Shown: piece by piece, positions 61,935 through 64,000 of the stretch
How the letters are laid out: each line of letters starts with the position of its first letter
How positions within the stretch are numbered: position 1 is the first letter of the stretch
Origin: an uncultured SAR86 cluster bacterium
GTDB lineage: Bacteria > Pseudomonadota > Gammaproteobacteria > Magnimaribacterales > D2472
Length of the DNA: 64,000 nucleotides
Reading direction: 5' to 3'
Assembly (NCBI GenBank): GCA_902628925.1
Contig: CACOPA010000003.1
Coordinates: 98,485 to 162,484 of the forward strand
The notes under the pieces: generated by a model
The model's database searches: none
The model's input: the letters and a program-made list of their open reading frames with translations, nothing else
What the model was told of the DNA's origin: nothing
Made by a program: the position numbers and the translations under genes

Positions 61935-62573
61935 TTAGCTAGGTAGGGTGAATTTAACTGCTAGTTTAACTGCCTCGTTTGTTAGCTCTTGATGAATATG
62001 AGGTGGTAAATTAAACAAATTCACTGCATCCATAAATTCTGAGTAGATGACATCCAGTTTTTTCCCCTCATTGAGTTGTCGAATAATATGCTGATAGGTC
62101 CAATAAATATATTCTCTCACACGAAGGTAGTGCTCATAATTTTCCTGCGTGAATTCAGGAACATCTTTCACCTCTAGGGATTCTTTTAAAAATGCTTCAG
62201 CGGTTGCATGCGTGAAGGTTGCCCATGTTTGATTCATAAAATTAGGATGCTGTCTCAGCCATTGATAAACATTTTCCTGCTGGAAAATTCCAATTGCAAA
62301 GTAATAACCCACATATAAGCGTAAAAGAGGTGATTCAATATTTACCAATTCTGCTTCAGCAAATTCTGCCAAAATGGTGGCTCGATATTCAATCAATTCC
62401 TTATGGACTTGATCTAAATTCTTGTAATAGCGATAAAATGATCCATATGCTGTTTTTGCCTTTTCAGTTATAGTTTTAACCGAAATAACTTTATCACCTT
62501 CCAAGATCAGCTCCCACATTGCCTGCATCAGCCTAGCTTTAGTTTGATCTGACTTCTTTATTTTTTTTACCAT
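61935..62573 (-). CDS. TetR/AcrR family transcriptional regulator
   Basis: N-terminal HTH-like VKTITEKAKTAYGSFYRYYKNLDQV. 212 aa. Confidence 0.7.
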   Translation of the reverse strand: MVKKIKKSDQTKARLMQAMWELILEGDKVISVKTITEKAKTAYGSFYRYYKNLDQVHKELIEYRATILAEFAEAELVNIESPLLRLYVGYYFAIGIFQQENVYQWLRQHPNFMNQTWATFTHATAEAFLKESLEVKDVPEFTQENYEHYLRVREYIYWTYQHIIRQLNEGKKLDVIYSEFMDAVNLFNLPPHIHQELTNEAVKLAVKFTLPS

Positions 62574-62614
62574 TTATAAGTGAATAATAATTTAAAAACC
62601 GGCATCTTAGTAGT

Positions 62615-62635
62615 AAAATGACGTATTGTCATTTT
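62615..62635. promoter_or_regulatory. Candidate TetR operator
   Basis: Perfect inverted repeat AAAATGAC-GTATT-GTCATTTT in the 77-bp divergent intergenic region. Confidence 0.4.
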
Positions 62636-62650
62636 AGGGAATCCAATATC

Positions 62651-64000
62651 TTGAGAAAAATTCTTGCACTTTTAATAGCATCAACTTTATGCATTGATAC
62701 CCTACGGGCACAAAATGTGGCTCCGGCGATTACTGATCCTGTTGCGTTGGCTAAAGTCCAAGAACAGAGGGACGCGGTATTTAAAAAAATGTTTGCCGAT
62801 CCCACAAACCTAACGCTCTTGTTTGAATACGCTAATTTATCCATTTTAGTAGGTGATCTTGAGGCTGCGATTGGAGTTTTTGAGCAGATGCTGATCTACG
62901 ATAACGAACTTCCACGAATCAGACTTGAACTAGGAGTTTTGTACTTCAGGTTGGGAGCTTTTGCGCTAGCAAATACCTATCTTAAAAGCGTTAAAGAATT
63001 TAACCCACCACCAGAAGTACTCAATCGAGTGAATCAATTTTTAGAAGCCATTGAAGAAGCTCAGGAGCCAATCAAGTTTCAACAAACCATCAGCATTGGC
63101 TTTAAGCATACCACTAATGGTAATTCTGGTATTAATGCTGATTTTATTGAGATTGGTGATTTTTTATTGGATGTTGATGAGGACTCAAAAAGAGCATCTG
63201 ATAAAAGTACGTTGCTTAATTATTCCTTGAGCGTTGAACAAGATCTTAATCACCCTAGAGGTGATAACATCCAATACTTTTTCAGCTACGGGAGCGATGT
63301 TCTTAATACGTTCAAACAGTTTAATGTGCAAAGTAATGTTATTTCAGTGAGACGCAACTATAATCTTGATGAAAACTTTTTCAGGGTAACTGAGCATGGT
63401 TGCTGTGATTTATTAAGTTTTCTAGATATTGAAGATGCAGTCTTTTCTCCAAGCATTAATTTAGTCAGGGTGGTGCTTAATCGAAAGGAAATATTAAGAA
63501 GTGGGCGCATTAGCCTTGATTACTCAGGTCTATTATCTAATGGCTCGTCAATTTTGCTCTCTTATTACCGAGATGAAAAATCCTTTGCTACCTCGCCCTT
63601 GAAAAGTGGACGCATTAATGGCTTTGCCTTCGGCCAAACTTTTTCCATCCCTGGAGGTCAAGGGATTTTCGGCTACAAAGCCATTATTGAAAACTTTCGT
63701 GGTGGGGTGGATTATGAATTTTTTGAAAATTTTGGTCTCGAACTGACTTATTCAAAACCACTGGAAAGCGGTTGGCAGCTCTCATCTAAATATAGTTATG
63801 CAGATAAGGCACACGATGCTGACTTTCCACTCTTTGGTAAACGTGTCGATCGTCTTGAGACCTTGAGAATTAACCTGACTCGATCCATTGGCTTGTGTTG
63901 GTCAACCAATCTTGGAGCCGTCTTCAGTGACTCAAGAAGCACCATCAATATTTACAAACGAAGTGCTAATAACTATTCAGCGACCCTGAATTATCAATGC
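62651..64000 (+). CDS. Outer-membrane protein with N-terminal TPR and C-terminal beta-barrel (DUF560/Slam-like architecture); 3' end outside window
   Basis: This ORF is absent from the supplied track because it has no stop in the window. It is open for 450 codons from TTG 62651. It has a signal peptide (LRKILALLIASTLCIDTLRA), TPR-like helices (GDLEAAIGVFEQML..., GVLYFRLGAFALANTYLK), then an alternating beta pattern. Confidence 0.55.
   Translation, partial: MRKILALLIASTLCIDTLRAQNVAPAITDPVALAKVQEQRDAVFKKMFADPTNLTLLFEYANLSILVGDLEAAIGVFEQMLIYDNELPRIRLELGVLYFRLGAFALANTYLKSVKEFNPPPEVLNRVNQFLEAIEEAQEPIKFQQTISIGFKHTTNGNSGINADFIEIGDFLLDVDEDSKRASDKSTLLNYSLSVEQDLNHPRGDNIQYFFSYGSDVLNTFKQFNVQSNVISVRRNYNLDENFFRVTEHGCCDLLSFLDIEDAVFSPSINLVRVVLNRKEILRSGRISLDYSGLLSNGSSILLSYYRDEKSFATSPLKSGRINGFAFGQTFSIPGGQGIFGYKAIIENFRGGVDYEFFENFGLELTYSKPLESGWQLSSKYSYADKAHDADFPLFGKRVDRLETLRINLTRSIGLCWSTNLGAVFSDSRSTINIYKRSANNYSATLNYQC

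Noticed and set aside
62629-62844. A 71-aa minus-strand ORF.
   Set aside because: It lies entirely inside the much longer plus-strand open frame (62651 to the window end), which has a signal peptide and TPR features.

Overview
This is visibly AT-rich, very gene-dense chromosomal DNA with about 65 protein genes and 2 tRNAs. Most intergenic gaps are under 20 bp and many genes share 4-bp start/stop overlaps. The source is a Gram-negative bacterium, most plausibly a genome-streamlined marine gammaproteobacterium (ccmGH, smc-zipA-ligA synteny, mnmC, TonB-dependent receptor, lipoproteins/OMPs); this placement is inference only.

Layout:
- 1-14.6 kb: housekeeping genes (cytochrome c maturation, an unusually short SMC, ZipA, LigA, M16 protease, MnmC, paired acyl-CoA dehydrogenases).
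- 15.4-34.4 kb: a TonB-dependent receptor, a divergent TetR, and an unbroken 19-gene plus-strand array of detoxification-type enzymes. The array holds a DhlA-like haloalkane dehalogenase, 2 GSTs, 2 DUF1330, DUF2855-like, sulfatase, MBL hydrolase, NMO-like, tandem HCCA-isomerase/DsbA-like, 2 SDRs, an alpha/beta hydrolase and DUF3604-like. It ends at tRNA-Leu(UAG).
- 35.1-42.0 kb: a complete Xanthomonas-type arginine operon (argF'-argG-argE'-argA/B-argC-argH), preceded by what looks like a leader-peptide transcription attenuator.
- 42-52.5 kb: quinohemoprotein alcohol dehydrogenase, CaCA antiporter, SDR, methyltransferase, LysR + NMO + ACAD, SbcB.
- 52.6-53.4 kb: a strongly acidic protein built from 17 eleven-residue repeats, then tRNA-Val(GAC).
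- 53.4-64 kb: serine hydrolase, DASS transporter, YegP, and a cNMP-gated K+ channel convergent with a CHASE2 adenylate cyclase-DUF481 OMP-MscS operon. A TetR is divergent from a TPR/beta-barrel (Slam-like) OMP that runs off the window.

I saw no CRISPR array, IS/transposase, integrase, prophage or recognisable defence genes. All family calls come from motif recognition by eye. No database search or folding computation was run.
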